Program-made: the position numbers and the translations under genes
DNA from: Octopus vulgaris
Taxonomy: Eukaryota
DNA length: 64,000 nucleotides
Direction of reading: 5' to 3'
Assembly (NCBI GenBank): GCA_951406725.2
Contig: OX597826.1
Location: forward strand, 39,060,001 to 39,124,000
Notes under the pieces: model-generated
Told to the model about the DNA's origin: nothing
The model's input: only the letters and a program-made list of their open reading frames with translations
Databases searched by the model: none
In this document: piece after piece, positions 1 to 14,300 of the stretch
Layout of the letters: each line of letters opens with the position of its first letter
Position numbering within the stretch: the first letter of the stretch is position 1

Positions 1-100
1 TACAGCTACATCAGTTACAAATTGTTCACTCAGTGGCCCTGGAGTATGCCCAACAATGATGCAAATTAGTATACTAACAGAGACTCCCTCACTGACTCAC

Positions 101-133
101 TACTTGTCTTTATTTTCTTGACTCCATCACCCT
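101..133 (-). CDS. Candidate 33-nt phase1-1 cassette exon (EGDGVKKIKTS)
   Basis: ttcttctattcag acceptor, GTGAGT donor, frame-preserving and stop-free; no recognisable homology. Confidence 0.35.
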
Positions 134-260
134 CTGAATAGAAGAAATACAAAATTAACACTGATGAAATTTAGAAAGATGAAACAATACTGCAAGGTAT
201 TTAGTATCATGCTTTACTTTTCGTTTTTTTAAAAAAAATACAATTTGCAAACTCTACTAC

Positions 261-376
261 CTGCAGAGTTATGTTTATGATAATAAATAAGATCAGCCAT
301 TGTATCAAAAGTATTTTTCTCGTGCAAGTAAAATTTTCCATCTGGCGTTTCCTTTATATGGTAGTGGCGAGACTTC
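261..376 (-). CDS. TEC: Tec kinase exon 9, SH2 C-half
   Basis: tttcag|(E)[38 protein letters not shown]+G|gtagta; Tec-type HYHI and LIYYH..NSAG. Confidence 0.93.
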
Positions 377-3300
377 CTGAAATTTAAAAAGAAAAAAACA
401 AAAACTAAATAAATTAATAACAAAATATAATTAAATGTAAAGTAAAACTCCACCCCAACCACCACCAGCCAGAGCAATCTACTTTTGTCATTAATCTCCT
501 ATCCATGGAAAGGTCAAACCTTTCCATGGATAGGTCAAACAGCTGACCTTTATGTGCCTCACAGTAATGATCAACTATTGACTCCATAGGAAGGAAAATG
601 TAAACCAATGCAATATAAAATATTTTAGAATACATCCAATCATTTCTTTTCAGTCCTTTCTTCCTAAAATTATTGCAACCTCAAACCATTCCCATAACCC
701 AATGTTTTCCTTGAATTTGTAACAATTTGAACTAAATATCAACTCCCTTGATCAGTTTAATTCCTTACATACTTTCAGACAAAAAACAAAAAAAAAATTG
801 TTTTCATATATTCAGATTATGAAGATGATCTTTCCTTAAATTATGTTATGCCAGCCTTGAAATGCTGTTTTTTAAGTTGCTTTTGTTTTCACTTTAGCTC
901 TTGGACAATTGCTGGTCTTGACCATCCAGACTGTCTTTTTTTTTTTAGTTCTTTCAGATATATATAGCATGTATTTAGGGATACAGTCACCAATATGTCT
1001 TACCATATTTAAGATAGTAGAAGATTTGGCTGCAATTTCTAGTAGCTTAACCAATGTTGTAAAAGTCTTTTTCATAAACCTCTGTTTTAGGATAGGCATC
1101 TTCCATGTTATGGAAGCATTGCACCACTAAAAACCTTGCCATAATGTGGCAGTTTGAAATATAAAACCTATTTAACTATTGACTATTTTATGTTCTGGAA
1201 TATCATGTTACAACATAGTTTTTATTCAATGCAATAACATAGCAGGGGCCTTTGTTATGTATGCTGACGTATGATGTCAGAGTTTCTTTAAGCAACTCCT
1301 TTTGCATCAGTTATAATAGTGCCAGTTACTCCTCAGAAGTAGCTTCTAGCCTGCATTTCCACTCTGTTCATACAACTCACTCATCTCTCCTTTTGTCATC
1401 AATCACCCAAACTGTGTATACTTCCTTACTCCACATTTCATACTAACTATTTCATCCCATCCTTTCCCCTTGAAAGCCATTCCTCTGAAATTTCTTCTCT
1501 GCTCATGTTTGCCCCGTAGCTCTTGAGTTGTAATTACTCATGATCATTTATTCAAGTCAATCTAACTGGTGTTAAAGAGGAGTGATATCCTTTACTCCAC
1601 ACCAAACCATTAAAAACAGCAAATATCAAAACTACATCAAATATATTATGTTTTTATTGAATTCATATCATATTTTGTGGACAAGAGCATCATAAATTTA
1701 CAGGTTTCTAATGAGATAAACAATAATACACAATATTTTTAATGGTGACAATAACAATGGGGTGCCTATGCAACTTGGGCAGAAAAAATATAAGGCATTT
1801 TTTTGTCTTTTGAAAACACCAGCTTATCAATTTGTTTCATTGTGGTTTACATCGTTCATAGATATATGTCAGCAAAAGTTATGCACACACATTATATATA
1901 TATATATATATACACACACATTATATATATATATATATATATATATAGGGAGAATTTACGAAAAAAAACAAAAGAGGAAGACAGGTGGTGTACAAAACAA
2001 ACAGATGTATTAGTATAATGCTCAAGAATAGAAAAAGTATTTTATGTTTCGAGCCTATGCTCTTCTATAGAAAGGGACACAGAAAAAAGGAGAGAAACAA
2101 GGAGAGAAAAAAAGGAGAGAAAAAAAAGGAGAGAAAAAAATGTGTTTAGTGGCAAACGATCCATCATGGCATATATATATATATATATATATATAAATAT
2201 ATATATATTAGCCTGGGTACCTGGTGAAATACCCAGGCAATAACTTGATTTTCAACTGATGTATTAAAAGTAAAATAAAACCATATTGAATAAATGTGTT
2301 TTATTAATAAATTGAATCTGATAATTTTACTATTGATTGTCCCTCTTACTAACTTGACTCTGGGTTATGTCATGTGGAAATGCAACAATCTGATAAACCA
2401 TGTTTCAAAGTCCAGAAGTTTCTCTCTCTAGGATTTACTTATATATAAAGTCACAGAATTTCTTTACAAACCAGTAAACCAAATCATACAATGAGAATAA
2501 AACATTATTTATGCTAGAAAAATAATGAAAATGCATTTCATATTATATGGATTTTGTGAAATTTTAGCCTAAAATTAGTGATAAATCATTGACATCCAAA
2601 TGAATTAAATTAAATCAGCTTAAAATCTTCTGGATCTTATAAATATTTTCAAATTCTCATAACAATATTTGTTTCTGGAAAATTCTTGCTTTTTATAGAA
2701 ATTTCTTTCAGAAAATATATAAAAGTCTTTTGAACTCTCTAAAAATTTTGAACTCCTTAAAAAATTTTCTACTCCTACTAAAGAATCTCTGCTACCTATA
2801 AATAGAATAACTACACTGGTAATAAAAATTATTATTTCATTTTTGTATTTGGCTTGCAAGATTCTTTATGTGAATTCATGTGTTGAAGCATATTTTATTA
2901 TGTCTGAGGAGAGTCATTCTCTTTTAGTGCCTTATTATTTAACACACTCACCGGTTTCATTTCCACTCATTTACTTATTTATTTTTTAAAAAAATTTTCA
3001 TTGCGTCTTGCAACCTTTTCAATAGTTATTGACTGTCCATTGTCAGAGCTGCATTCTTTTTGTTTGTTTGTTTATGCACATGCATTTGTGCATCATTGTG
3101 CATGTGTATAGACATATGTATGTGTGCATATGCATGTATGCACACATATCAATTTTATCCCTGATATTTGTCGGTCTTGTACCACGTGTTCACTCTGTTT
3201 GCTTTGTCATATCTCTTTGTATTCTATTCCAGTCTTTACTTCTATATGTAGGGCAGGTACCACTGGTTTCATTACATATGATGTTATCTAACTTCTTTCT

Positions 3301-5823
3301 AGCTCCCCTGTATAACTGAACTCTATCTTTCTGATCATATCCAGAGAATTGCATGCAGTGCATGGAATTCTGTACATGTTTCTTTGTTTCATAGGGTTTG
3401 CATAGTGGGGACACATGGTTCATTATTCTAAGTCTGCTATCATTATGCTGATTTTTATGTGTGACAAAGCTGAGTTCTTGTGAACAACATATTTAGAAGC
3501 TATTGGTTTCATATAATAGGAGTGGAGGAACTGTACTCTGTTGTTCACAGTCTCTAACCAAAGTTTAGTACCAAGGACAGGGAGTCTATTGTTAGGGTGT
3601 CTAGTGGGGTAATCTATAGTTACTTTGATACTTTGGGGGATAGAGTTAGCTTTATGATGGATGCTCTCCATTATGTTCCTTTTGGTTTCTACACTGCAGT
3701 TACAAGAGTTTGTCCAAACTAGAATATATATATATATGCATACACACAGACGCATACATGCATATGTGTATACACATGCACACAAAGAAACAAAGAAAAA
3801 GAATGTGGCTCTGATAATGGACAGAGTCAACAACTATTAAAAAGGTTGCAAGACGCAACGAAAATTTTAGAAAAAAGAAATAAATAAATGAGTGGAAATC
3901 GAACTGGTGAGTGTGTTAAATAATAAGGCACTAAAAGAGAATGACTCTCCCCAGACAATGAAAATTATTAAATTATCAGAAAAATATTATCAAAAAGTAT
4001 ATAAAAATGTCACATGGATACGTTGAATAATTAGAAGAATAATTAAAATTAAGGGTGGCAAGAAGGCAATTTTCTAGGCCCAAATGAGCAAAAAGTGTGC
4101 TTTTGTTCTTTCTTTTTTTTTTCCAGTTGATTCTGAATCTGATCTTAGTTTTTCTTTAGAAAAGTGTTTGAGTGGACACTTATGCATGCATGATTACAGA
4201 CATACATGTCTGACCACTTTTTACATCCACACAGACACATGTATGCACATACACACACACACACACATTTATAGTCTCTTACACAGTTTCAGTCACTCAA
4301 AATCCATTGGTAAATTTGAGGCTATGTTTGAAAACACATGCCAAAAATATGAGACAATGGGACTGATATGAGAACAAGGTTGCAAAGTGAACTTCTTAGC
4401 CTGCCAACCACATTTCAGAAGTAGTTTTATATCTTCAGTGGAAAGATCTTTTATTTGAGACTGAGGTGCAGGACGAACATCAACAATAGTAAAAGCAAAG
4501 GAATTATATCTCTAATAAAGAAATACATAAAAAAAGATTTAAATATACAATTGAGACTCATTTTCTGAAGTTATTTGAAGACTGTGAGGTACTTACTCTT
4601 TACAATAAACAGAGATAGTGTAGACATTTCCTTTTGTTGTGGAATCACGCACCATAAAACAACCATCACGACCATCCTTCTTCAGCAGCATCTCACAATA
4701 TTGTCGAGTGATGTCTTTATAATACCAACTATGAGAGAGAAATGGAACAGTAGTAGAGTTGGTGGTTAAAACATTGAAATAGGTTAGCAGATAGGTACAA
4801 TAGGAAGATGAAGTGGAGGTGGTAGATGCTAAATGGAAGGAGGAGGAGGGATATGATAGAAGATTGTTAGAAAATAGTGTGCATGGAGTAACACAGGGAT
4901 AAAATTTATATTCATCATCATCATCTTCGTTTAGCATCCGCTTTCCATGCTAGCATGGGTTGGAAGGTTCAACTGGGGTCTGGGAAGCCAGAAGGCTGCA
5001 CCAGGCCCAGTCTGATCTGGCAATGTTTCTACAGCTGGATGCCCTTCCTAACGCCAACCACTCCGTGAGTGTAGTGGGTGCTTTTTACCTGCCAGACGAG
5101 GCTGGCAAACGGCCACGATCGGATGGTGCTTTTTACGTGCCACCAGCATGGGGGCCAGGCGAGGCTGTTTCATCAATTTAGTAATTCTAATTGTTCAATT
5201 AAAGGAACTCTCTACTCATTGTATTATACTCCTATGTTGAATATTCCAATGTATACATGTTGAACATGTCAACAGTTTATATATTTCTTTGTGTGTGAGT
5301 ATGTGTGTATATTAGACTGTGTCAAACAAATGAGAGAAGAGTGTTCAATACATGTTATAGAGGATATGGTTAATTGAAAATAAATTTTTATCTTGTATCT
5401 CGAGTTTCATGCCGCTGTAATCTTGCCTGAAGATTGCAATGCTGTATGATGAATATATTTTCTCTACAATGCTGTATGATGAATATATTTTCTCTACAAT
5501 GCTGTATGATGAATATATCTTCTTGACTGACAGTTTCATCTTGTGATTTTTCAAATGGAAATAAAAATACCAGTCACTGAAATTTATGATATTCCCAAAT
5601 TCTGAAATACTACTACTCTACATGTAGTATTTAGTATACAGTACTCTAACCCATCTCCCTATCACCCTACACACACACAGTGCACTTAAGGTAAGTTCTT
5701 TAAGAAATTTGAAAATAGAAAAATTTCATTAAAACAAAAATATTGAACTAAATATAATAATTTCTATATATATATATATATATAAATATATAGATATATA
5801 TATATAAATATATATATATATGA

Positions 5824-5900
<77 letters not shown>

Positions 5901-5923
5901 TATCATCATCATCATCGTTTAAC

Positions 5924-5966
<43 letters not shown>

Positions 5967-7315
5967 TACATACATACAGGGTGTGTAAGATGTTTGAGGA
6001 CAGATTTATGTTTTTAAGAAAAACAGATAGATAATAACTTTATCAAAAAATGTTATGAGGATAAAAATAAACCTTCATTTCTATGTTATTCAATAAAGCC
6101 ACCTTCAGCTTCTATACAAGATCTAAATTGTCTACATGCTTGAAACAAGTGGTCTGGGATTCATTTTGGACATTGCTCTGAATATAGTGGCTTTCAAAGA
6201 ATCTTTGGTGTTATGGGCATGTTCATTGACCTCTCTCTCAATGCTCCACACATCCAATCAATTGAGTTCTGGGGAATTGGGAGGCCAAATATTAGGGGCT
6301 ATGTGATCATGAAAATTTTCAGCCAGTCATTCTTGCATTACTTGAGCCTTGTGTAATGGTGCAGAGTCTTGCTGAAACATATATGGCCTTCCATTACGTG
6401 CACAGTACATTAGGGTAGAGCAAAAAAGGTACTTTTACACAGATTTTCAAAATATGTTTTCAAGAATATATTTCTTATCCAAGGCTTAACAACTCTTTTG
6501 AGGACCTCAGTGTAGATGGCAGAGTTAACTCTAAGGCCTTGAGGAATGAAGTGAGGAGGTATCACATGTCCTTCATTGCTGACAACCCCTAAAACCATGA
6601 TAGTTACAGGAAATTTTGTATGCATAATTCTTGGAACTTCAGAAGGGTCTGCACATAACAATCTCTCATTTCTTCTGTTAACTTTTTAATCTTGGTCAAA
6701 GTTTTTCTCATCTGAGAAAAACCAAAACAAATCTTCTTCTGCTGGACTTTTCAATCTGTTTAAGAGCCTTTTAAATCTGATGTAGTAATTTTCTTTTGCT
6801 TTTTCTGACATAAATCGATCCTTCCTCATCACATAAGACTAATATCTGATGTCATTGTTCCTTCTGACACATGGAGATCTTTTGCAATTGATCTCATGGA
6901 TTTTCTGGAATTGTAATCAATGGTCTGTTGAACTTACTGGATAAATTCATGTGTCCTGATGATTTCAGAGTGTTTAGAATGATTTGTATAATTTGATACT
7001 GGTAATATGTTTCCATCTTTGGTCTCTAACTTCTTACGAACTTTGTAGATGAAAGATCCAGCAACTTTTAAAAATTGAGATATTTCTAAATCGCTATGCT
7101 CAGCCTTTATAGTCACAATACCAGCATGCCTCTTCCTTTCTTGAGTAAGCAGAGTGTCTGCCATTATTATTTTCTGAAGAAAAGATTATATAGAGTTAGC
7201 AAAAAATGCAGTAATGACCCCCACCCAAAAAGTATGTCCTCAAATACCTTATGCACCCTTTTTATATATTGACCTCTTATACCTGCTGACTTTATGGCTA
7301 TATATATATATATGA

Positions 7316-7365
<50 letters not shown>

Positions 7366-7600
7366 CAGTGTGTATATATATATGTATGTATGTGTCTGCA
7401 TGTATGTATGTACTTGTATACACACACAAAAGCAATCCGCATGCATTATGTATATATTAAGATATATAGAAAAGTAAACAAAGATCTTACTCAAATATTT
7501 CCAGATCACATAGTTTCTTCACATAGTTGGATGGAATGTAGCCTTTCTCCCTGTGAGAAAAGAGAGAGAGAGAAACAGAGATAAGAGAGAATGAAACAGG

Positions 7601-7690
<90 letters not shown>

Positions 7691-10600
7691 AAGAGTTAAT
7701 CAACTTGCCCTCGTTTGTTCTTTGCAAGCCACCAGTGCTCATTGGAGTCATTAAGTATTTCATAGCGCTCTCCCTGCATGAGATAAGTAAATTATAGTTA
7801 TTAGACTGTTTAGCAATGCCATTTATTAATGAACAATGTTTTCTTCTGCTTTTTTGGAGCTGCTGTATAGGTTGAATGTAAAATTTGAATCTTAATATGT
7901 TAATCAGAGGTTCAAGTTGTACAGCAGATAGAGTTTTAATATTTCTTGAACAGTTGACTTCTGTATCAAAGTATCTCTCTCTTTTACTCTGTTACTTGTT
8001 TCAGTCATTTGACTGCGACCATGCTGGAGCACCGCCTTTAATCGAGCAACTCAACCCCGGGACTTATTCTTTGTAAGCCCAGTACTTATTCTATCGGTCT
8101 CTTTTGCTGAACCGCTAAGTTACGGGGACATAAACACACCAGCATCGGTTGTCAAGCAATGCTAGAGGGACAAACACAGACACACAAACATACACGCACA
8201 CACACACACACATATATATGACGGGCTTCTTTCAGTTTCCATCTACCAAATCCACTCACAAGGCTTTGGTCAGCCCGAGGCTATAGTAGAAGACACTTGC
8301 CCAAGGTGCCACGTAATGGGACTGAACCTGGAACCATGTGGTTCGTAAGCAAGCTACTTACTACACAGCCACTTTCAGAAGAATTTCAAACATGCAAGCA
8401 TAGAAAAATAGACATTATTAAAATGATGATGATAATCTTCCAATACAGTAAACTTACAGAATGGAATATATTTTACATCTGGAAAACAGAAAATATATTT
8501 TATCAGTAAAATCAATAATGTAATTTTTTCCTCTTACGATAGCATTTTCATATGAAATTGACCGCAGAATTATAAAAATAAGTTATGGAATTTCTGTAGT
8601 ATATTTGAGGGTATATAAGTTTGTTTTTATTTACCCCAGATTAGCCCTATAGGAGCAAACTATGATGAAAGCTGTTCAAACCTCAATTTCCCCACATTTC
8701 AGTCTCAAACACTCATGGACTACATTCTTGAATGTCATTTTCTATGGCTTCAGTGTGTGATATGAAATTTGGTTGCTATTTCTAGCAAATTGAATGACTA
8801 CACAGAGGCTCCTTCCAGCTGCCTAGTTTCAGATACAAACATTGCAACCTAGTTTTAGCTTAACCCTTTAGCATTCAAACCAGCCATATCTGGCCTAAAT
8901 ATTTTACCTCCTTTTTGTTCAAAACCAGTAAGATCCAGCCTCTTACCATATCCTACAACATTATTCCCAAAGTAAAGAGTCACATCGCAGAAATCTCACA
9001 GCTATGAGATAATGCATGATTAAGTCAATGCAATGTGAATAAACAAGCATCACATTTGGTAGAATAATGGGAATACTAAAGGGTTAAATGAAGTATCTCC
9101 ATGAACAATTAAAGAAGCTAATCAGTCATGGATGAAATTTCAACACAGTACTGTAACCAAGGTATAATAAATAAATATCATGACTATGTGTTTACATCTG
9201 TCTACATATGCAATAATGGCTAAAAATCTACAGATGTATTCCGTAGTACATTGTAGCATTAATAAAGGAGAAATATAATTGATGTAGGTATACAGGTGTA
9301 ATTAAATATTTCCCTTGAACCTCTCCTACCCTGTTTCTGAAGAAAGCAGCGGCAATCACTGCCACCCCATCATATACATCTGTTTTCCATGCTGGTATGG
9401 GCTGGATAGTTTGTTAGAGTTCAAGTCAGTTCTTATTCAAAGTTACTTCCTTCTTAGATTTTAATTTAAAAAAATTTTTAATTTAATTTAATTGGCTCAA
9501 AAAGCAAAAGCAAGGCCATATAGGGGGACAGGGAGTTATGTACAGGGAGGATGGTCATACAAAAAGTGCAGGCCATTTCTTGTCAAGAGAGACTTTGAAC
9601 CGAGCGGTCGTCGGCATCTTCACTATCTCGTCTGGCAGCTTATTCCACAGATCCTCAACCCGGACGGAGAAAGCCCCTCTCCTTCGATTGAGATGAAATC
9701 GTCGTAGATAGATGGACCAGAGGATCATACCTTACTTGTATGTTCCATTTTTGGCATGTATACTATGACCAGATGTCATTCCTAACACCAACCACTCTAC
9801 AGAGTGCATTGGGAGCATTTTACCATGACACCAGTACTCTAGAAATTGCCTTCTCTTCTGCAAGACTAAGGGGTCTTCTCCATGTTATCTGTGCTTTACC
9901 AAGACAAACATGACTAGAAGTATGCAGAGTAGTTGAGTGATGATTAACCCTTTCGTTACCAACCCGGCTGAAACCGGCTCTGTAGTACAAATGTCTTGTT
10001 TTCATAAGTTTTTAATTAAAATCTTCCACCAAACCTTAGTCACAAATACTGTTCCTAACACTAGCTTAATGATAACCAAATTATTTTACTAAATTCTTTG
10101 TTATATCTAAAATAATTGGGATAAACACAGATCATCTCAAAATAAATACAGTAACAAAAGGGTTAAGAGTGTGAAAAGGATGAGAGAGACCATGAATATG
10201 TGTGATGGGGTCAAAAGAGTGATGAGAGGGTAGGAAAGGTTCAAGGGAAATATTTAATTACACCTATATACTCTTTTACTCTCTCTTTTACTTGTTTCAG
10301 CCATTTGACCGTGGCCATGCTGGAGCACCGCCTTGTAGTCGAGCAAATCGACCCCAGGACTTATTCTTTGTAAGCCTAGTACTTATTCTATCGGTCTCTT
10401 TTGCTGAACCGCTAAGTTATGGGGACGTAAACACACCAGCATCGGTTGTCAAGCAATGTTGGGGGGACAAACACATACATATATACGACGGGCTTCTTTC
10501 AGTTTCCGTCTACCAAATCCACTCACAAGGCTTTGGTCGGCCCGAGGCTATAGTAGAAGACACTTGCCCAAGGTGCCACGCAGTGGGACTGAACCCGGAG

Positions 10601-12198
10601 CCATGTGGTTGGTAAGCAAGCTACTTACCACACAGCCACTCCTATGCCTATATCTACATCAATTATATTTCTTCTTTATTAATGCTACACTGTACTACGG
10701 AATACATCTGTAGATTTTTAGTCATCATTGCATATGTAGACAGATGTAAACACATTGTCATGATATACAATACTTTAGTTACAGTCCTGTGTTGAAATTT
10801 CATCCATGATTGATTGGCCTCTTTAATTGTTCATGGAGAGACCAATTTACATATATAATGTGATGCTGGCAGCGAGGTTGATGAATAAATTGCTGGAGTG
10901 TAACCAGTTTTCTTCAACTGCTGTACTATACTACAGAAAGGTAGATATCCCAACTTAGGTTTGAAACTTGTCTGGCTTATCCCTCTTTTTCTGTCCATGA
11001 AAATGTATATACAGGCAAGGTGTTTCTATTTGCCTATACACAGTATTGCTTAAACATCTATATATATTCTGTAGTATAGTAACAAAAACTTAAGGCACCA
11101 GTAAATTCTTTATTAAGCCAGAGAAGAACCTAGTTCTATTATCACAATAGCAACATATTACATATATATTAGTCAGAGTGAAGTCCTCATCTTGATGTTT
11201 CTTTCATTACGTTCAGGCTGTGTACATTCCAGCCTTCTTTAGGTGTCTTGTGATTAATCTTAGCACCTTGCCTGGGATTGAACTCAGAACCTCTAGGTGA
11301 CTGCACTGCATTTTAGTACTTTTATCCACTACACTATGGCTGTAGGCAGTTTTCATTGATGCCTTATGTTGGCTCTGTATTGATTGGATAATAAGACACC
11401 TGAAGAATGTTGGAGCATACACAGCAGAAACATAGTGAAAACAACAAGTAAGATGAAGACACCACTCTAAACTAATACATAATATAAATTCCTCATTTCA
11501 GAAATACAGAATTGTATTATCTTACCTATAGTTCTCAAACAAATTATTATTTAAAGAAAGAAGGCTGTGGCTTTATTGAGTTTGACAGAAGCCTAGACAT
11601 GATATGATAGCAATGGCAAGCAATCTTCATAGCTGTCTCATAAATTATTAAATGAGGGAAGAATGATAGGGTTTTATTAAATTCAGAAATAACCAAAATG
11701 TTTTAAAACATCAAAAAACGACTTTTCCATTTATCTCATAAATTATCCTTTAGTTTCTTTTTTTCAAATAGATCTACAACTATGTAATTTCTGCCAAAGT
11801 CACGCTGTATTTTTGTGAAGGTCTGGTTGGAAATATGAATTATAAAACAAGACTCTTGGAATATTTCTTAATATATTTTTATACTGTTTGGTGGTTGTAT
11901 GGTCTGCAATTTAAGTAACCTTAACAAACATTTTATTGAAGAAAAATTTTAATAATTTATTTGCTTGTAAACCTTTATCTTTTTTTCATTTGTTTTCTAT
12001 TTGCTTCTTGGTAAAGTCATGCCAAAATTATAAATTATATTAGCCACTTGGCACACACACACACACACATTATATTCACCTCTAGTTTATCGCTGTTATT
12101 TGTGATAACACAATATATCTGAGTAATTTTCATCCTCCCAACATTTTGTCAAAGTCACAATATTTTATGAGAGAGAGAGAGGGAGAGAGAGAGAGAGG

Positions 12199-12243
<45 letters not shown>

Positions 12244-13544
12244 TTAATATTATAGGATCATTTGTTCTAGATATTGATTTATTCACATAATGCCAATTTA
12301 TATATATTTTGGGGGATTTATTAGACATATATCTATTCTTAAATGTTTTCTACTATAGCCTTGGGCCAACCAAAGCTTTGTGTGTGGAATTGGTAGACAG
12401 AAAATGTAAGAAGTCCATAGTATATAGTATGTGTGCATGTGTATATATATATATATATATATCTTTATATATAAAAGTAAGGTTGTGTGTCTGTCTCCTA
12501 CGATTTAGATTCCTAACTACTCCCACATTTTGCGGTGCAGTTTAACCAAAACCGGGTATCTTATAGTTGTGATTCATATCAAGCCCTTCTGGGTATTAGC
12601 GCGCATCTACGATGAGTCTACGATTTAAAAAGAAATTTACCATTATTTTTTTCCCTTTTAATGCATTTTTTCGCTATTATATAAGGGAAGTATCTCTCTA
12701 AAAAATGTCTACGATGAGTCAACGATTTAAAAAAAAAATTACCATCATTTTTTTCCCATTTTTAATGCATTTTTTTGCTATTTTTTGCCTATAACTCTCT
12801 AAAAATGCTTATATGGTTATTTCCCTTACAAATCCGAGCAACGCCAGGCGATACTGCTAATATATATATATATATATATATATGCATGTCGTCCTGAAAT
12901 GGATAAGGAAAAGGAGAAATGAACGTCAAGACCAAATCCATGCTGTGGAAGCAGAGGTTTAGATTTTAGAACTGTCCTTTTAAAAATCATAAATGTTTTG
13001 ACTGTGGAAAAATTGGACATAAAATTTTACATTGTATAACAAAACAAAAAAAAAGGGTCAAACAAAAAAATTCTTGAAAGAATGTATTGTTAACCAAAAT
13101 TTTAAGTGAGCTCCAGAAAACAATATTTGTGTCCATAAAAATGAATAATGTGAATAGTAAGTTACAAATGGATATGGGCAGTGATATAACGATAATTAAT
13201 ACCGATACAAGGAGAAAAATACAGAAACCTAGATTAAAGGAAACTTCAAAAATTTCATGAGGTGTTTCAGGTAAAAAATTGCATTTTAAGGGTGAAATGA
13301 CAAGTGAATTTACATTTTGTGGAAAAACCCTGAAAACCCTGAAAGCCAAAGCTTTTGTGTTGAAAAATATGACAAATTTATTTGGAACAGACTGGATGGA
13401 AGTGTTTAACTTTTGGGACCTCTCCATAAATATTTTTTTGTAAAAATGTGAATGGTTCTTCCGCCAAGACAAATAAGGCATCAGAGGATTTAAGAAAAGG
13501 AATTAAAAAAAATTTTCCTGACATTTTTTCTGATGAATTAGGTC

Positions 13545-13576
<32 letters not shown>

Positions 13577-13635
13577 TACATACATATATATATATATATC
13601 CTAATATAATAATGAGCACAGTGTGTTTATATATT

Positions 13636-13681
<46 letters not shown>

Positions 13682-14013
13682 CAAAATCATGCAGTAGGAG
13701 TGACTGGTGAATAGAGAGGAGAGAAAATAGTAATTCAGTGAAGGAGAAGAAGTGAGAGTAATAGCAATGAATGAGAGGGGTAAGAGAAAGTAATAGCAAT
13801 GAGAGAGAGGACATGGCAAAGAGAGCATCGTGTATCTTCAACTATAATAATACTCTTGTGTATTTCTCCGTCACAACAAATGAATGAGAAAGGAAGGGTG
13901 ATCCATTGATGGAAGTGGGATGGTGAAAATTCAACGGTGAAACAAAAATTAAATAGCACTTCAACTCAAAGTGTGAGTATATGCGTGTGCATGTAAAAGG
14001 GAGGAATGTGAAC

Positions 14014-14048
<35 letters not shown>

Positions 14049-14266
14049 TTTGTGTAAAATATATTTATATATCTGAGTAAGTGTATATGTGTTTGTGTAT
14101 GTTTATTTAGAAAGATACATAAAAAATAGAATTACAGACACGTGCATTTACATACATATATATATGTAAACAGATACACTTAAAAAGGAAGGAAGCAGGC
14201 TGTGACAAAGTATAGAAAACCGCATTCACTACAGACTGTGCTACTCATACATATAAATGTATACAC

Positions 14267-14300
<34 letters not shown>

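Noticed and set aside
12987-13481. 164-aa hydrophobic ORF
   Set aside because: AT-rich low-complexity translation with no recognisable motif or splice context.
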